From assembly GCA_035499075.1 (NCBI GenBank), contig DATJZN010000024.1:19549-83548 (forward strand): DNA of 64,000 nt. Reading direction: 5' to 3'. Of the stretch, positions 1 to 9,985 are shown one piece after another. A program made the translations under genes and the position numbers. This DNA is from Myxococcota bacterium. GTDB taxonomy: Bacteria > Myxococcota_A > UBA9160 > SZUA-336. Under the pieces are notes generated by a model, which saw only the letters and a program-made list of their open reading frames with translations, was not told the origin of the DNA and made no database searches. Positions within the stretch are counted from its first letter, which is position 1. Every line of letters begins with the position of its first letter.

Positions 1-927
1 GACGAGCGGTCCCATCGTGAACTTGGCGTCGCACTTGTTGCCGTAACCGTCGTGGTCGTCGTCGCGCTGCCCGCCGGTCAAGGTCGCCCACGGGTTGTTG
101 GTGAGGAACGTGGCGGCGTCTGGAGTGACTCGGGGATTCGGGGTGCTCACGCAGTTGTCACAGGCGTCGCCGACGCCGTCGCCGTCGGTGTCGGTCTGCG
201 AGGCGTTGGCGACCGTCGGACAGTCGTCGCTCGCGTCGGCAATGCCGTCGCCGTCGGAGTCGGACAGCAGCACCGCGCTCGGAGTCACCACGTCGACCGC
301 GAAGTTCGCGGTCGGGGTGACGCACGTCGTTGTGCCGTCCGCGGTGATGTTGCAGGTCTGGAACACGCCTCCGGTCAAGTCGCCGAAGTCGTCCTGAATG
401 CGCGAGTTCGGCGGGCCGGGGTTGACCGCGTACGGCGTGTAGCCCGAGTTGGTCAGGACCAACGTGTACGCGCCGGCGGGCAGGCTGCCCAACACCAAGC
501 GGCTGTCGCCCGTGACGACGGACCCGGCTCCGCTCCCGATCGTGACCGTTCCTGCCGCACCGTTCGGCGCGAAGCTCGTCAGGGTCACGGCGCTGGCGGC
601 GGGATTCGCGCCGGAGGGCACGAGCGTGGCGGTGCCCCCGACGCCCGAGAAGAGCGAAATGGTCGACGCGAAGCCGCCCGGCGCGATGACCGTGCCGGCG
701 CTGTTCGTTCCGCCTCCGAAGCCCCAGGTCTGGATCGTGACCTGGGAAGGGGAGGACAGGACGAAGCTCTGCGCGAAGACCGACGTCGGGGTGGCGAGGC
801 TCCCCGTGAAGGAGAGCGAAGTCACCTGGGCGCTGGCCGGTCGGCTCGCGACGAGCGCTGCGAGCAGGACGAAGACGAGCGACGACGCGGTTCCAGCCCT
901 CGCCGCGCTACATGAGGAATCACTCAT
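1..927 (-). CDS. Partial (3'-truncated by window edge) secreted protein with thrombospondin type-3-like calcium-binding repeats
   Basis: The minus-strand frame is open from the ATG at 927 to position 1. The N-terminus MSDSSCSAARAGTASSLVFVLLAALVASRPASA looks like a signal peptide. The C-terminal part has DSDGDGIADASDDCP...DTDGDGVGDACDNC repeats. The gene is not in the ORF track because it runs off the window. Confidence 0.55.
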   Translation of the reverse strand, partial: MSDSSCSAARAGTASSLVFVLLAALVASRPASAQVTSLSFTGSLATPTSVFAQSFVLSSPSQVTIQTWGFGGGTNSAGTVIAPGGFASTISLFSGVGGTATLVPSGANPAASAVTLTSFAPNGAAGTVTIGSGAGSVVTGDSRLVLGSLPAGAYTLVLTNSGYTPYAVNPGPPNSRIQDDFGDLTGGVFQTCNITADGTTTCVTPTANFAVDVVTPSAVLLSDSDGDGIADASDDCPTVANASQTDTDGDGVGDACDNCVSTPNPRVTPDAATFLTNNPWATLTGGQRDDDHDGYGNKCDAKFTMGPLV

Positions 928-1023
928 GTCGTCGCACCCACTCCAGGCAGCCCTACACCATAGTGTGACCTGTCCCGAGTCTCTCCGGGTGAAGAATGAT
1001 CTCGGCGCTCGCGTTTTCCGCGC

Positions 1024-1929
1024 TCACGTCTCGAAATAGTGTCGCAGCGCGAGGTCCGCGAGCAGTCCGGGATGCTCCGGCTGCCAGCGCAGGATCTCGC
1101 GCGTGCGCGCGCTGGACGTGGGGTTGTCGAGCTGTGCGAGCACGGCCAGTGCGCCCAGGGACTTGCCGGCGTCCTCGGGAGAGATGCTCCGGGCCGGCAC
1201 GCCGACGCCGCGGCCGATCGCCTCCGCGATCGCACGGAAGGGCACGCCTTCGTCCGCGGCGCCGTGCAGGCGCGTGCCCGCGGGCGCCGCTTCCACCGCC
1301 AACCGGTACAGGCGCGCTGCGTCCAGCGTGTGCAGCGCCGGCCAGCGGTTCGCGCCGTCGCCCACGTAGGCGGCGAAGCCGTTCCTTCGCGCGAGCTCGA
1401 TCAAGCTCGGCACGAAGCCGCCGCGGTCGAGCGCGCTGTGCACGGTGGGCGCGAGCCGGACCACCGACGACCGAACGCCGTGCGCGGCGAGAGCGGTGGC
1501 GGCGTTCTCGGAGTCGGCGCGCGGGCCGCCCGCGAGCCGGTCGTCTTCGGTGCCGACGCGGCCGGCCGCGGCATGCGCGAGCAGCAGCGTTCCCGAAGTG
1601 ACGACGAGCGGCTTGTTCGAGCCGACGAGCGCCGCGCCGAGCGCTTCGATCGCGCGCAGATCGGCCGCCGCGGCGCCCGCATAGTCGCCGCCGAACGCGA
1701 GATCGTGCTTGTACGCGAGATGGATGACTCCGTCCGCCGCGGCGGCCGCGCTTCTCAGGCTCGCGAAGTCGTCGAGGCTGCCGCGCTGCACTTCGGCGCC
1801 CGCTGCTTTGAGCGCGGCGGCGGAGGCTTCGGAGCGGGCGAGGCCGACGACCTCGTGGCCTGCGGCGAGGAGCTCGGGAACGAGGGCGGACCCGATGTGG
1901 CCGGACGCGCCCGTGACGAATACGCGCAT
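1024..1929 (-). CDS. NAD(P)-binding short-chain dehydrogenase, NmrA-like oxidoreductase
   Basis: N-terminal Rossmann motif MRVFVTGASGHIGSALV. Length of 301 aa fits an atypical SDR. Confidence 0.8.
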   Translation of the reverse strand: MRVFVTGASGHIGSALVPELLAAGHEVVGLARSEASAAALKAAGAEVQRGSLDDFASLRSAAAAADGVIHLAYKHDLAFGGDYAGAAAADLRAIEALGAALVGSNKPLVVTSGTLLLAHAAAGRVGTEDDRLAGGPRADSENAATALAAHGVRSSVVRLAPTVHSALDRGGFVPSLIELARRNGFAAYVGDGANRWPALHTLDAARLYRLAVEAAPAGTRLHGAADEGVPFRAIAEAIGRGVGVPARSISPEDAGKSLGALAVLAQLDNPTSSARTREILRWQPEHPGLLADLALRHYFET

Positions 1930-2009
1930 GGGGGGTTCTCCTGATGTCAGATTATGACATCAGGAATAGCAGGTGATGTCAGTTCCTGCAATCACGCTAG
2001 GATCTGGCG

Positions 2010-2612
2010 ATGGCCCGCTGGAAGCCCAACGCGCGCGAACGCCTCGAGCAGGCCGCGCTCGCGCTCTTCAGCGAGCGCGGCTACGCACGCACCACCGTGG
2101 GCGACATCGCGTCGCGCGCGGGCCTCACCGAGCGCACCTTCTTCCGCTACTTCACCGACAAGCGCGAAGTCCTGTTCTCGGGCTCGCCCGTGCTCGAGAA
2201 GCTCATCGCCGACGGCGTCGCCGATGCGCCCCCAGGCACCGCGCCGCTCGAGGCAGTCACCGCAGCGCTCGGGGCCACCGCTCCGATGTTCGAGGCGCGC
2301 CGCAGCTTCGCGAAGAAGCGCCGGCTCCTGATCGCCGCGCACGCGGAGCTCGGCGAGCGGGAGCTGATCAAGCTCGCCTCGCTCGCAGCCGCGGTCGCGA
2401 AGAGCTTGGAGGGCCGCGGCGTGGCGGGCCCCGCGGCGAGTCTCGTCGCCGAGACGGGCATCGCGATCTTCAAGAGCGCCTTCGAACGCTGGGTCGCAGA
2501 TGACGAGCAGCGTGACCTGGCGCACCACGTCCGGGCTTCGACCCGCGATCTCGAGCGCATCACCGCACGGCGGCGCAGCCCGTGGACGAAATCGAGAAGA
2601 TCCTACGCGTAG
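2010..2612 (+). CDS. TetR family transcriptional regulator
   Basis: N-terminal helix-turn-helix signature RERLEQAALALFSERGYARTTVGDIASRAGLTERTFFRYF. Transcribed divergently from the SDR gene, a typical TetR arrangement. Confidence 0.85.
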   Translation: MARWKPNARERLEQAALALFSERGYARTTVGDIASRAGLTERTFFRYFTDKREVLFSGSPVLEKLIADGVADAPPGTAPLEAVTAALGATAPMFEARRSFAKKRRLLIAAHAELGERELIKLASLAAAVAKSLEGRGVAGPAASLVAETGIAIFKSAFERWVADDEQRDLAHHVRASTRDLERITARRRSPWTKSRRSYA

Positions 2613-2662
2613 CCCGCCCCTCACTCAGTGAGAGGGAGTCGCGTGCGTGATACGATGCGTGT

Positions 2663-5500
2663 GTGCGTGTCGTCGGTCGGCTATTCGTCGCGGTCTGCTT
2701 CCTCATCTCGAGTCATTCGGCTCGCGGCGCGACGACCACGTCCGATGGCACGTCGTATCTCTTCCCGGCGACGTCCGGCGCGGCGGGCAACCCGGGCGGC
2801 CCCGGGGCAGCGGGGGCAGCGGGCGGGGATGGCGTCGCAGACGTGGTCACTCCGGATCTCGTGAACGATGCCGAAGCGAACGGCGGAAACGGCCAGGCTG
2901 GTGGAAACGGTGGCGCCGGATCTCCGGCGGGAGCAAACGGCGGGCCGGCCGGAGCCGGTGGCGCCGGCGGTGCCGCGCACGCCGAAGTCGCGAACTCCGG
3001 CGCCGGCGCGGCGAGAAGCGTCGCGAACGCCACGGGAGGCACCGGCGGCGCTGCAGGATTCCCAGGCCCGGCGACTGCGCCAGGCCTCGTCGGCGCGGGA
3101 GCGCCAGGCGGCCGCGGAGGAGATGCCGTAGCGGTCGGAGCCCTGGACGCGGAGACGCCCGCTCCCGCGCAATATGGAGAGCTCGACTCACTGGTGAATG
3201 CGTTCGGCGGCCTCGGAGGCACCTCGCCGGTATCTGGCGGCGGTGGCAATGCAACCGCCACGTCGCGCACCACGACGACCTCCGATGGGAAGATCGCAGC
3301 GCTCGCCGGCGCGAACGGAGGCGCAGGAGGCTCGGGGTTCGGCGTGAGTCCGGTCCCGGGAGCGGGCGGCAACGCGGACGCTCGCGCGAGCGCCGAGGGC
3401 TTTGGAAGCGGCTCGGTTCGAGCGCTCGCCGGTGCACACGGCGGAGACGCCGGTGACGAGGGGTCCGGAGGCGTGGGAGGCGTCGCTCATGCCGAAGCGT
3501 CGGGGATCTCGCACGGCGGTGGCGATGTCATGGTCGGAGCCTCGCAGTTCGCGGGCGGGTCGGGATTCAACGCAGGGCCGGGCACTGCGCAGGATTCGGT
3601 GATGGTCGACGCCGTCTCGGGCGCGACCTCGGGCCTGCTCACGCTCGAGCAGGATGCCGTCGGCGGTCCGACTCGAGTCGGCAAGGGCGGCAACGCGGTG
3701 TCACTCCTGCATGCGGGCAACCCGTTCGGCGGCAGGATCCAGGCGACGGTGAGCGCGCTCGGCGGCAGCTACTACCATTTGACCGGCGCCAACGGCGGCG
3801 ATGCGCTCGCGGGCGGCACGGTGACGGACGTCGCCGGATCGGACGTGTCGATCGAGGTGGACGCCACCGGCGCCGACTCGGAAGGAGCACAGAGCGTCGG
3901 CGGCTCTGCCTCGCTGCAGCCCGTGTTCGCGACGTCTGCGGGCGGGGCGGCCACTGCGAAGGCGCGCGCACAGGGCGGAGCGGGAGCCACGGGCGCGGAC
4001 GAGTCACTGAGCGAGATCGTCGGAGCCCAGACCAGCGGCGCGATCACGCTCGAACAGGCGGCGGTCGCGGGCGCCGGTAGCGACGGAGCGGGTGGCGCGG
4101 CAACGGGCGGCAAGGCGAGCAGCGTTCTTCACGTGAGCACCAGCTCCGCCTCGATCTCGGCGCTCGTCGATGCGGAGGGTGGCGACGGCTCGCTCGCGAG
4201 CGGGACGGGTGACGCGACGGTCGAGGTCACGAACGCGGGCGGCTCGGCCACCGCGAAGGGCTTCGCGAGAGGCGGCAGCAACGGCGGCTTTCCGAGCGCG
4301 GTGGCGGGCAGCACCGCAAACGCTTCGAGTCAGGCGAGCTCCTTCGGCGACGGCCATGCCGTGGAAGCCGACTCCACGGCGTTCGGGGGCGGCGGCAGCG
4401 GCAACGCGTCGGGCAACTTGGGCGGCGTCGGCGCCGACGCGCACGCGACAAGCGTCGGCGTCGCAAACGGCGATGCACCGGTGACCGTCTCGAGTCAGGC
4501 GGAGGGGGGCACCGGCGGCGCGAGTCAGTCCGGCAATGCGCTCATCCGGGCCGTCGGCGGCAACGCCTACGCCAGCTCGACCGCATCCGGAACCGGCGCC
4601 TCGCCGGTCTCCGCGACCTCGGCTGCCCTCGGCGGCAACGTGGGCCCATACGTCACGGGTGCCGTGGGCCCGAGCAACGCGAGCGCTGTCTCGCAGGCCA
4701 CGGGGGGAGGCTTCGTCTTCGCGTCGTCAGACACCAGTGGGCGCGCCGTCGGCCTCGCCGACAGCCGAGCGCTCGACGCCGGCACGCGCGGGCTCGCAGC
4801 TCACGCGACGATCTCCGGTCAGAGCGACATCGTGGGCCACCACACCGCGGTCGCGGAAATCGCCGGCGACGGCTTTCCCTTCAGCTCGGCGACGCACGCC
4901 ACCGGCGGCGATGCGATGAATCTCGCTTGGGTCGCGCCTCCGAGCTCGGCGCGGATCGACTGGACCGCGGGAGATACCGAGGTCGACGCACGCGTCGCTG
5001 GCGCGCAACAGATCTATGCGGTGGGTGCCGCGGGCGCCGGAGCGACGATCGGGACCTTGGACATGACCGAGGAATTCTCGCTCGCGACCCCGGAAGACAA
5101 GCCAGTCGAGCTGGCCTTCCCGGACTACCAATTCAGATTCACGCCCAGCTCCCACGCGCTCGATCTGCTGCACATCAGCGCCACTGCGGACGGCACGCGC
5201 TTCCTCGACCTCGAGTTCCATGACGCCGCGTCGGCGGACGCATGGTTCGCGGACAACAGCGTCGTGATTCCCCAAGAGCTCATGGCCGACGGCAAGCTCG
5301 ATCTCTCGCTCGCGATCGATCTCGCGGACGGCAACCCTTCGCCGTTCCTGTACTACATCGTCGGTGTAGCGGTCTTCACCGCGCCGGAGCCGGGAGTCAC
5401 TGCGCTCGTTGCGCTGGGCTTCGCGGCGCTCTCGGTGCTCCGCCGGTCTCTCGCGCCAGCACCCGGGCGCTCGCACGCACTTTCCGCTCCCGGTCCATGA
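2663..5500 (+). CDS. Very large Gly/Ala/Ser/Thr-rich secreted repeat protein with a C-terminal PEP-CTERM sorting signal
   Basis: GTG start with a signal-peptide-like N-terminus (RVVGRLFVAVCFLISSHSARGA). About 900 aa of low-complexity GA-rich modules follow, with recurring motifs such as LTLEQDAVGG, LTLEQAAVAG and SATAKGFARGG. The C-terminus is [21 protein letters not shown], a PEP motif followed by a transmembrane segment and basic tail. Confidence 0.7.
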   Translation: MRVVGRLFVAVCFLISSHSARGATTTSDGTSYLFPATSGAAGNPGGPGAAGAAGGDGVADVVTPDLVNDAEANGGNGQAGGNGGAGSPAGANGGPAGAGGAGGAAHAEVANSGAGAARSVANATGGTGGAAGFPGPATAPGLVGAGAPGGRGGDAVAVGALDAETPAPAQYGELDSLVNAFGGLGGTSPVSGGGGNATATSRTTTTSDGKIAALAGANGGAGGSGFGVSPVPGAGGNADARASAEGFGSGSVRALAGAHGGDAGDEGSGGVGGVAHAEASGISHGGGDVMVGASQFAGGSGFNAGPGTAQDSVMVDAVSGATSGLLTLEQDAVGGPTRVGKGGNAVSLLHAGNPFGGRIQATVSALGGSYYHLTGANGGDALAGGTVTDVAGSDVSIEVDATGADSEGAQSVGGSASLQPVFATSAGGAATAKARAQGGAGATGADESLSEIVGAQTSGAITLEQAAVAGAGSDGAGGAATGGKASSVLHVSTSSASISALVDAEGGDGSLASGTGDATVEVTNAGGSATAKGFARGGSNGGFPSAVAGSTANASSQASSFGDGHAVEADSTAFGGGGSGNASGNLGGVGADAHATSVGVANGDAPVTVSSQAEGGTGGASQSGNALIRAVGGNAYASSTASGTGASPVSATSAALGGNVGPYVTGAVGPSNASAVSQATGGGFVFASSDTSGRAVGLADSRALDAGTRGLAAHATISGQSDIVGHHTAVAEIAGDGFPFSSATHATGGDAMNLAWVAPPSSARIDWTAGDTEVDARVAGAQQIYAVGAAGAGATIGTLDMTEEFSLATPEDKPVELAFPDYQFRFTPSSHALDLLHISATADGTRFLDLEFHDAASADAWFADNSVVIPQELMADGKLDLSLAIDLADGNPSPFLYYIVGVAVFTAPEPGVTALVALGFAALSVLRRSLAPAPGRSHALSAPGP

Positions 5501-6629
5501 TGCCGAAGCGCACGTCGTAGCCGTGCAGCCACTCGTAGTTGTCGACGGCGGTCCAGTGGAAGAAGCCGCGCACGTCGATGCCGCGCGCGAGCGCGTCGCG
5601 CGTGATCGCGAGCCCGCGTTCGATGTAGCGCGCCCGCTCCGCATCGTCGTCCGTGCCGATGCCGTACTCCGCGACGAGGAGCGGCACGCCGGGCAGCGCC
5701 GTGTGGAGGTCGTCGAGCACCCGGCCGAGCCCGTCGGCCCAGATGCCGTACCCGAGCGGCGAGACGGGCGCGCCGGGCGGGTGGAGCGCGATCTCGCCGT
5801 GCTTCACCCCGAGCGCGGCATAGTAAGAGAAGCCGTACAGATCGAACGAGCGCGCCAGATCGGGCCGCTCGAGCGGTGCGCGGCCGGGAACGCGCAGCAC
5901 GCCATCGCGGAACAGGCCGATGCCCGGGCTCCATAGTGACTCGCGAAGTCGAGTCACTCGAGAGGCGGTCTCGGCCGAGTCGTCCTGCGCCACGATGGCG
6001 GACAGCGCGAACACCGACGCCACCGGTGCGCCCGTCTGGCGCAGCCGCACCGCGGCCTCGGCCGTCGCGAGGTGGATCGCTTCGGACACGAACGCCGCTT
6101 CCTGGGCATCGCGGTGCCCGGGTGCGAAGCCGCCGCTGCGGTAGGCGATCTGCGCGTAGAGGTTGGTCTCGTTCACCGGCTTCCAGCCGCCGACGAGATC
6201 GCCGAACGTCTCCGCGACGAAGTCGACGTGCCGGCGCCAGTGTTCCGTGCGGTTCGCTTCGACGAGGAAGCCGCCCGCACTCGCGAACCAACGGGGCAGG
6301 GTGAAGTGGTGCAGGCAGACCCACGGCACGACACCGGCGTGGCGCGCCGCCTCGAGGACCGCGCGGTAGTGACTCACCGCCGCCGCATCGTGGCGGCCCG
6401 GCTCGGGCTCGAGCCGCGCCCACTCGAGCGACAGGCGGTGATGGCGCAGGCCCAGCTCCGCGAGCAGGCCGAAGTCCTCGGCGTAGCGGCGCGCGAAGCC
6501 GTTGCCGTCGCCCGAGAGCGGCGCGCGGCCCGCGCGCTCCCAGTCCCACCAATCCGAAGCGGGCGCCGCGCCCTCGCACTGCGTCGAAGACGCGCCCGTG
6601 CCCCACAGAAAGCCCGAGGGCCAGCTCAT
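5397..6629 (-). CDS. Glycoside hydrolase family 1 beta-glucosidase
   Basis: GH1-type N-terminus [20 protein letters not shown]. The protein is 410 aa with an (alpha/beta)8 GH1-like layout, including VNETN and an AEYGIG region. Its 3' end overlaps the convergent PEP-CTERM gene by about 104 bp. Confidence 0.75.
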   Translation of the reverse strand: MSWPSGFLWGTGASSTQCEGAAPASDWWDWERAGRAPLSGDGNGFARRYAEDFGLLAELGLRHHRLSLEWARLEPEPGRHDAAAVSHYRAVLEAARHAGVVPWVCLHHFTLPRWFASAGGFLVEANRTEHWRRHVDFVAETFGDLVGGWKPVNETNLYAQIAYRSGGFAPGHRDAQEAAFVSEAIHLATAEAAVRLRQTGAPVASVFALSAIVAQDDSAETASRVTRLRESLWSPGIGLFRDGVLRVPGRAPLERPDLARSFDLYGFSYYAALGVKHGEIALHPPGAPVSPLGYGIWADGLGRVLDDLHTALPGVPLLVAEYGIGTDDDAERARYIERGLAITRDALARGIDVRGFFHWTAVDNYEWLHGYDVRFGIMDRERKVRASARVLARETGGAPRAPRSPAQRAQ

Positions 6630-6794
6630 GCGGCTCCCATCCCGCGGATCCTACCTCCAAACGCCACGGTCGGAGCGAGCGGGCGGTCTGATAGAATGGG
6701 CAGCGTTCCTGCCGCAACGCGCGCGTCGTCCGGCGACGTGCGCCCGCTCACCGGCCGCGCGGGCCGGACGAGATCCACTTCGATCGGGGAGGCG

Positions 6795-8024
6795 ATGAAC
6801 CCACTCGGCGTCCATTCGGAAGTCGGAAAGCTGCGGACGGTCCTCGTCTGCCGGCCGGGACTTGCGCACCAGCGCTTGACCCCGGGCAACTGCAAGGACC
6901 TCTTGTTCGACGACGTGCTCTGGGTCCAGGAGGCGCAGAAGGACCACTACGACTTCGTGCTGAAGATGGAGCAGCGCGGCGTCGAGGTGCTCGACCTGCA
7001 CGACCTGCTCGCGCAGACGCTCGAGGCGAAGGACGCGCGCGCGTTCGTGCTCGACCGCCGCGTGACCGCGAACTCCGTCGGCCTGGGCACGGCGCGCCTC
7101 ATGCGCCCGTGGCTCGACGAGATGCCGGCGAAGCAGCTCGCGGAGCACCTGATCGGCGGCGTCGCGATCTCGGACTTGCCGGAGGCGGCGGTCCGCCTGC
7201 ACCTCACCGAGGCGTTCGGCGACGACGAGTTCCTGCTGCCGCCGATCCCGAACACGCTGTTCCAGCGCGATCCGTCGTGCTGGATCTACGGCGGCGTCAC
7301 GTGCAATCCCATGTACTGGCCCGCGCGCGCGCCCGAGACGCTGCTGCAGCGCACCGTGTACAAGTTCCACCCGCGCTTCCGCGACGCGGGCTTCCCCATC
7401 TGGTGGGGCGATTCGGACGAGGACTTCGAGAACGCGTCGTTCGAGGGCGGCGACGTCATGCCGATCGGCAAGGGCGTCGTGCTCGTGGGCATGGGCGAGC
7501 GCACCACGCGGCAGGCGGTCTTCCAGGTGGCGCAGGCGCTCTTCAAGGGCGGCGCGGCTTCGCGCGTGGTCGCGTGCCTCATGCCGCAGAGCCGCGCGGC
7601 GATGCACCTGGACACGGTGTTCACGTTCTGCGATCGCGACGTGGTGACGCTCTTCCGCGAGGTGGTGGACCAGATCCGCTGCTACAGCGCGCGGCCGACG
7701 AACGGCGACGGCGAGTTCGAGGTGCACGCGGAGACGAAGCCGCTGACCGAGGTCGTGACCGAGGCGCTCGAGCTGCCGAAGCTGCGCATCGTCGAGACCG
7801 GGGGCAACGCCTACCAGGCCGAGCGCGAGCAGTGGGACGACGGCAACAACGTGGTGGCGCTCGAGCCCGGCGTCGTCGTCGCCTACGACCGCAACACCTT
7901 CACCAACACGCGCCTGCGCAAGGCCGGCATCGAGGTCATCACCGTCCGCGGCTCCGAGCTGGGCCGCGGCCGCGGCGGCGGCCACTGCATGACCTGTCCG
8001 ATCTCGCGCGATCCCGCCTACTGA
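6795..8024 (+). CDS. arcA: Arginine deiminase
   Basis: Begins [30 protein letters not shown] and ends with the catalytic-Cys region [13 protein letters not shown]. The long ORF in the track (6072..8024) is an upstream extension. The internal ATG was placed by frame arithmetic. Confidence 0.9.
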   Translation: MNPLGVHSEVGKLRTVLVCRPGLAHQRLTPGNCKDLLFDDVLWVQEAQKDHYDFVLKMEQRGVEVLDLHDLLAQTLEAKDARAFVLDRRVTANSVGLGTARLMRPWLDEMPAKQLAEHLIGGVAISDLPEAAVRLHLTEAFGDDEFLLPPIPNTLFQRDPSCWIYGGVTCNPMYWPARAPETLLQRTVYKFHPRFRDAGFPIWWGDSDEDFENASFEGGDVMPIGKGVVLVGMGERTTRQAVFQVAQALFKGGAASRVVACLMPQSRAAMHLDTVFTFCDRDVVTLFREVVDQIRCYSARPTNGDGEFEVHAETKPLTEVVTEALELPKLRIVETGGNAYQAEREQWDDGNNVVALEPGVVVAYDRNTFTNTRLRKAGIEVITVRGSELGRGRGGGHCMTCPISRDPAY

Positions 8025-8038
8025 CACGGAGTGACTCC

Positions 8039-9043
8039 ATGAGCTTCAACCTTCGCAACCGCTCCCTTCTGACCGTCCAGGACTACTCGCAGCGCGAGTT
8101 CCGCTACCTGCTCGACCTGGCGCGCGACCTGAAGCGCGCCAAGTACGCCAAGACCGAGCGCAAGGCGCTGGAGGGCAAGGAGATCGTGCTGATCTTCGAG
8201 AAGACCTCGACGCGCACGCGCTGCGCCTTCGAGGTGGCGTGCTACGACCAGGGCGCGCACGTGACGTACCTCGACCCCGCGGGCTCGCAGATCGGTCACA
8301 AGGAGTCGTTCAAGGACACGGCGCGCGTGCTCGGCCGCATGTTCGACGCCATCGAGTACCGCGGCGCCTCGCAGACGGGCGTAGAAGAACTCGCCAAGTG
8401 GGCGGGCGTGCCCGTCTACAACGGGCTCACCGACGAGTACCACCCGACCCAGATGATCGCGGACGTGATGACCATGCGCGAGCACAGCGACAAGCCGCTG
8501 TCCGAGATCCGCTACGCGTTCCTCGGTGACACGCGCTCGAACATGGGTCACTCGCTGATGATCGCCGGTTGTCTCATGGGCATGGACGTGCGGATCTGCG
8601 GACCCAAGCAGCTGTGGCCGGCCGACGATTACCAGAAGATCGCGCGCGAGCTCGAGCAGAGCTACGGCGCGAAGCTCACCATCACGGACGATGCTGCGGC
8701 GGCGGTGAAGGGCGTCGACTTCGTACACACCGACGTGTGGGTGTCGATGGGCGAGCCGAAGGAGGTCTGGAAGGAGCGCATCGGCCTGCTCCTGCCCTAC
8801 CAGGTGAACATGGACATGATGCGCAAGAGCGGGAACCCGGCGGTGAAGTTCATGCACTGCCTGCCCGCGTTCCACGACACGGAGACCACGCTCGGCAAAC
8901 AGATCGCCGAGACGTACGGACTGGCGGACGGGGTCGAAGTCACGAACGAGGTGTTCGAGTCCGAGCTGAACGTCGCGTTCGAGCAGGCCGAGAACCGCCT
9001 GCACACGATCAAGGCGTTGCTCGTCGCGACGCTCGGAGACTAG
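8039..9043 (+). CDS. arcB: Ornithine carbamoyltransferase (catabolic)
   Basis: Carbamoyl-phosphate binding motif STRTRCAFE and ornithine-binding HCLPAFHD. It lies directly downstream of arcA. Confidence 0.9.
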   Translation: MSFNLRNRSLLTVQDYSQREFRYLLDLARDLKRAKYAKTERKALEGKEIVLIFEKTSTRTRCAFEVACYDQGAHVTYLDPAGSQIGHKESFKDTARVLGRMFDAIEYRGASQTGVEELAKWAGVPVYNGLTDEYHPTQMIADVMTMREHSDKPLSEIRYAFLGDTRSNMGHSLMIAGCLMGMDVRICGPKQLWPADDYQKIARELEQSYGAKLTITDDAAAAVKGVDFVHTDVWVSMGEPKEVWKERIGLLLPYQVNMDMMRKSGNPAVKFMHCLPAFHDTETTLGKQIAETYGLADGVEVTNEVFESELNVAFEQAENRLHTIKALLVATLGD

Positions 9044-9046
9044 GCG

Positions 9047-9985
9047 ATGCGCATCGTGGTCGCGCTCGGCGGCAACGCGCTCCTGCGCCGCGGCGAGCCG
9101 ATGACCTTCGACGCGCAGCGCGCCAACGTGAAGATCGCCGCCGCGGCGCTCGCGCCGCTGGTCGGCGAGCACGAGCTCGTGATCACGCACGGGAACGGCC
9201 CGCAGGTGGGTCAGCTCGCGCAGATCGGCGCGCAGGTGAACCCCAAGGCGCCGCCGTCGCTCGACGTGCTGGGCGCCTTCACGCAGGGCGTGATCGCGTA
9301 CATGATCGAGCAGGAGCTCGGCAACCTGCTGCCGCTCGAGGTGCCGTTCGCGACGATCCTCACCATGGTCGAGGTCGATCCGAACGACCCGGCGTTCCGG
9401 GACCCGACGAAGTTCGTCGGCCCGATCTACGACAAGGCCGACGCCGAGCGCCTCGCGGCCGAGAAGAGTTGGGTCTTCAAGCCCGACGGCGACAAGTGGC
9501 GGCGCGTGGTGCCGTCGCCGCGGCCCAAGCAGATCTTCGAGATCCGCCCGGTGCGCTGGCTGCTCGAGCACAAGGTCGTCGTCATCTGCTCCGGCGGCGG
9601 CGGCATTCCCACCATGTACGAGCCGGGCTCGGATCGGAAGCTCGTGGGCGTCGAGGCCGTGGTCGACAAAGATCTGTGTACCGAGATTCTGGCGCGCGAG
9701 ATCGCCGCCGACCTGTTCATCATGGCGACCGACACCGAAGCGGTGTTTCTCGACTGGGGCAAACCCACGCAGCGTGCGATCCACCGCGTGAACCCGGACG
9801 AGCTGCTGCGCCACTCGTTCCCCGCCGGCTCGATGGGCCCGAAGGTCGAAGCGGCGTGTCACTTCGCCACGGCGACGGGCAAGACGGCGGCGATCGGCGC
9901 GCTGGCGGACATCGGCGCGATCGTGCGCGGCGAGAAGGGCACACTCGTCGACCGCCACTTCACCGGCTTGTCGGAGTACCGATGA
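9047..9985 (+). CDS. arcC: Carbamate kinase
   Basis: Starts [13 protein letters not shown], has the typical carbamate kinase length of 312 aa, and completes the arcABC order. Confidence 0.9.
   Translation: MRIVVALGGNALLRRGEPMTFDAQRANVKIAAAALAPLVGEHELVITHGNGPQVGQLAQIGAQVNPKAPPSLDVLGAFTQGVIAYMIEQELGNLLPLEVPFATILTMVEVDPNDPAFRDPTKFVGPIYDKADAERLAAEKSWVFKPDGDKWRRVVPSPRPKQIFEIRPVRWLLEHKVVVICSGGGGIPTMYEPGSDRKLVGVEAVVDKDLCTEILAREIAADLFIMATDTEAVFLDWGKPTQRAIHRVNPDELLRHSFPAGSMGPKVEAACHFATATGKTAAIGALADIGAIVRGEKGTLVDRHFTGLSEYR

Noticed and set aside
52-1039. Plus-strand ORFs 52..915 and 449..1039.
   Set aside because: They overlap the minus-strand signal-peptide/TSP3-repeat gene (1..927), which has the coherent protein features. 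The plus-strand translations are Arg-rich and featureless.
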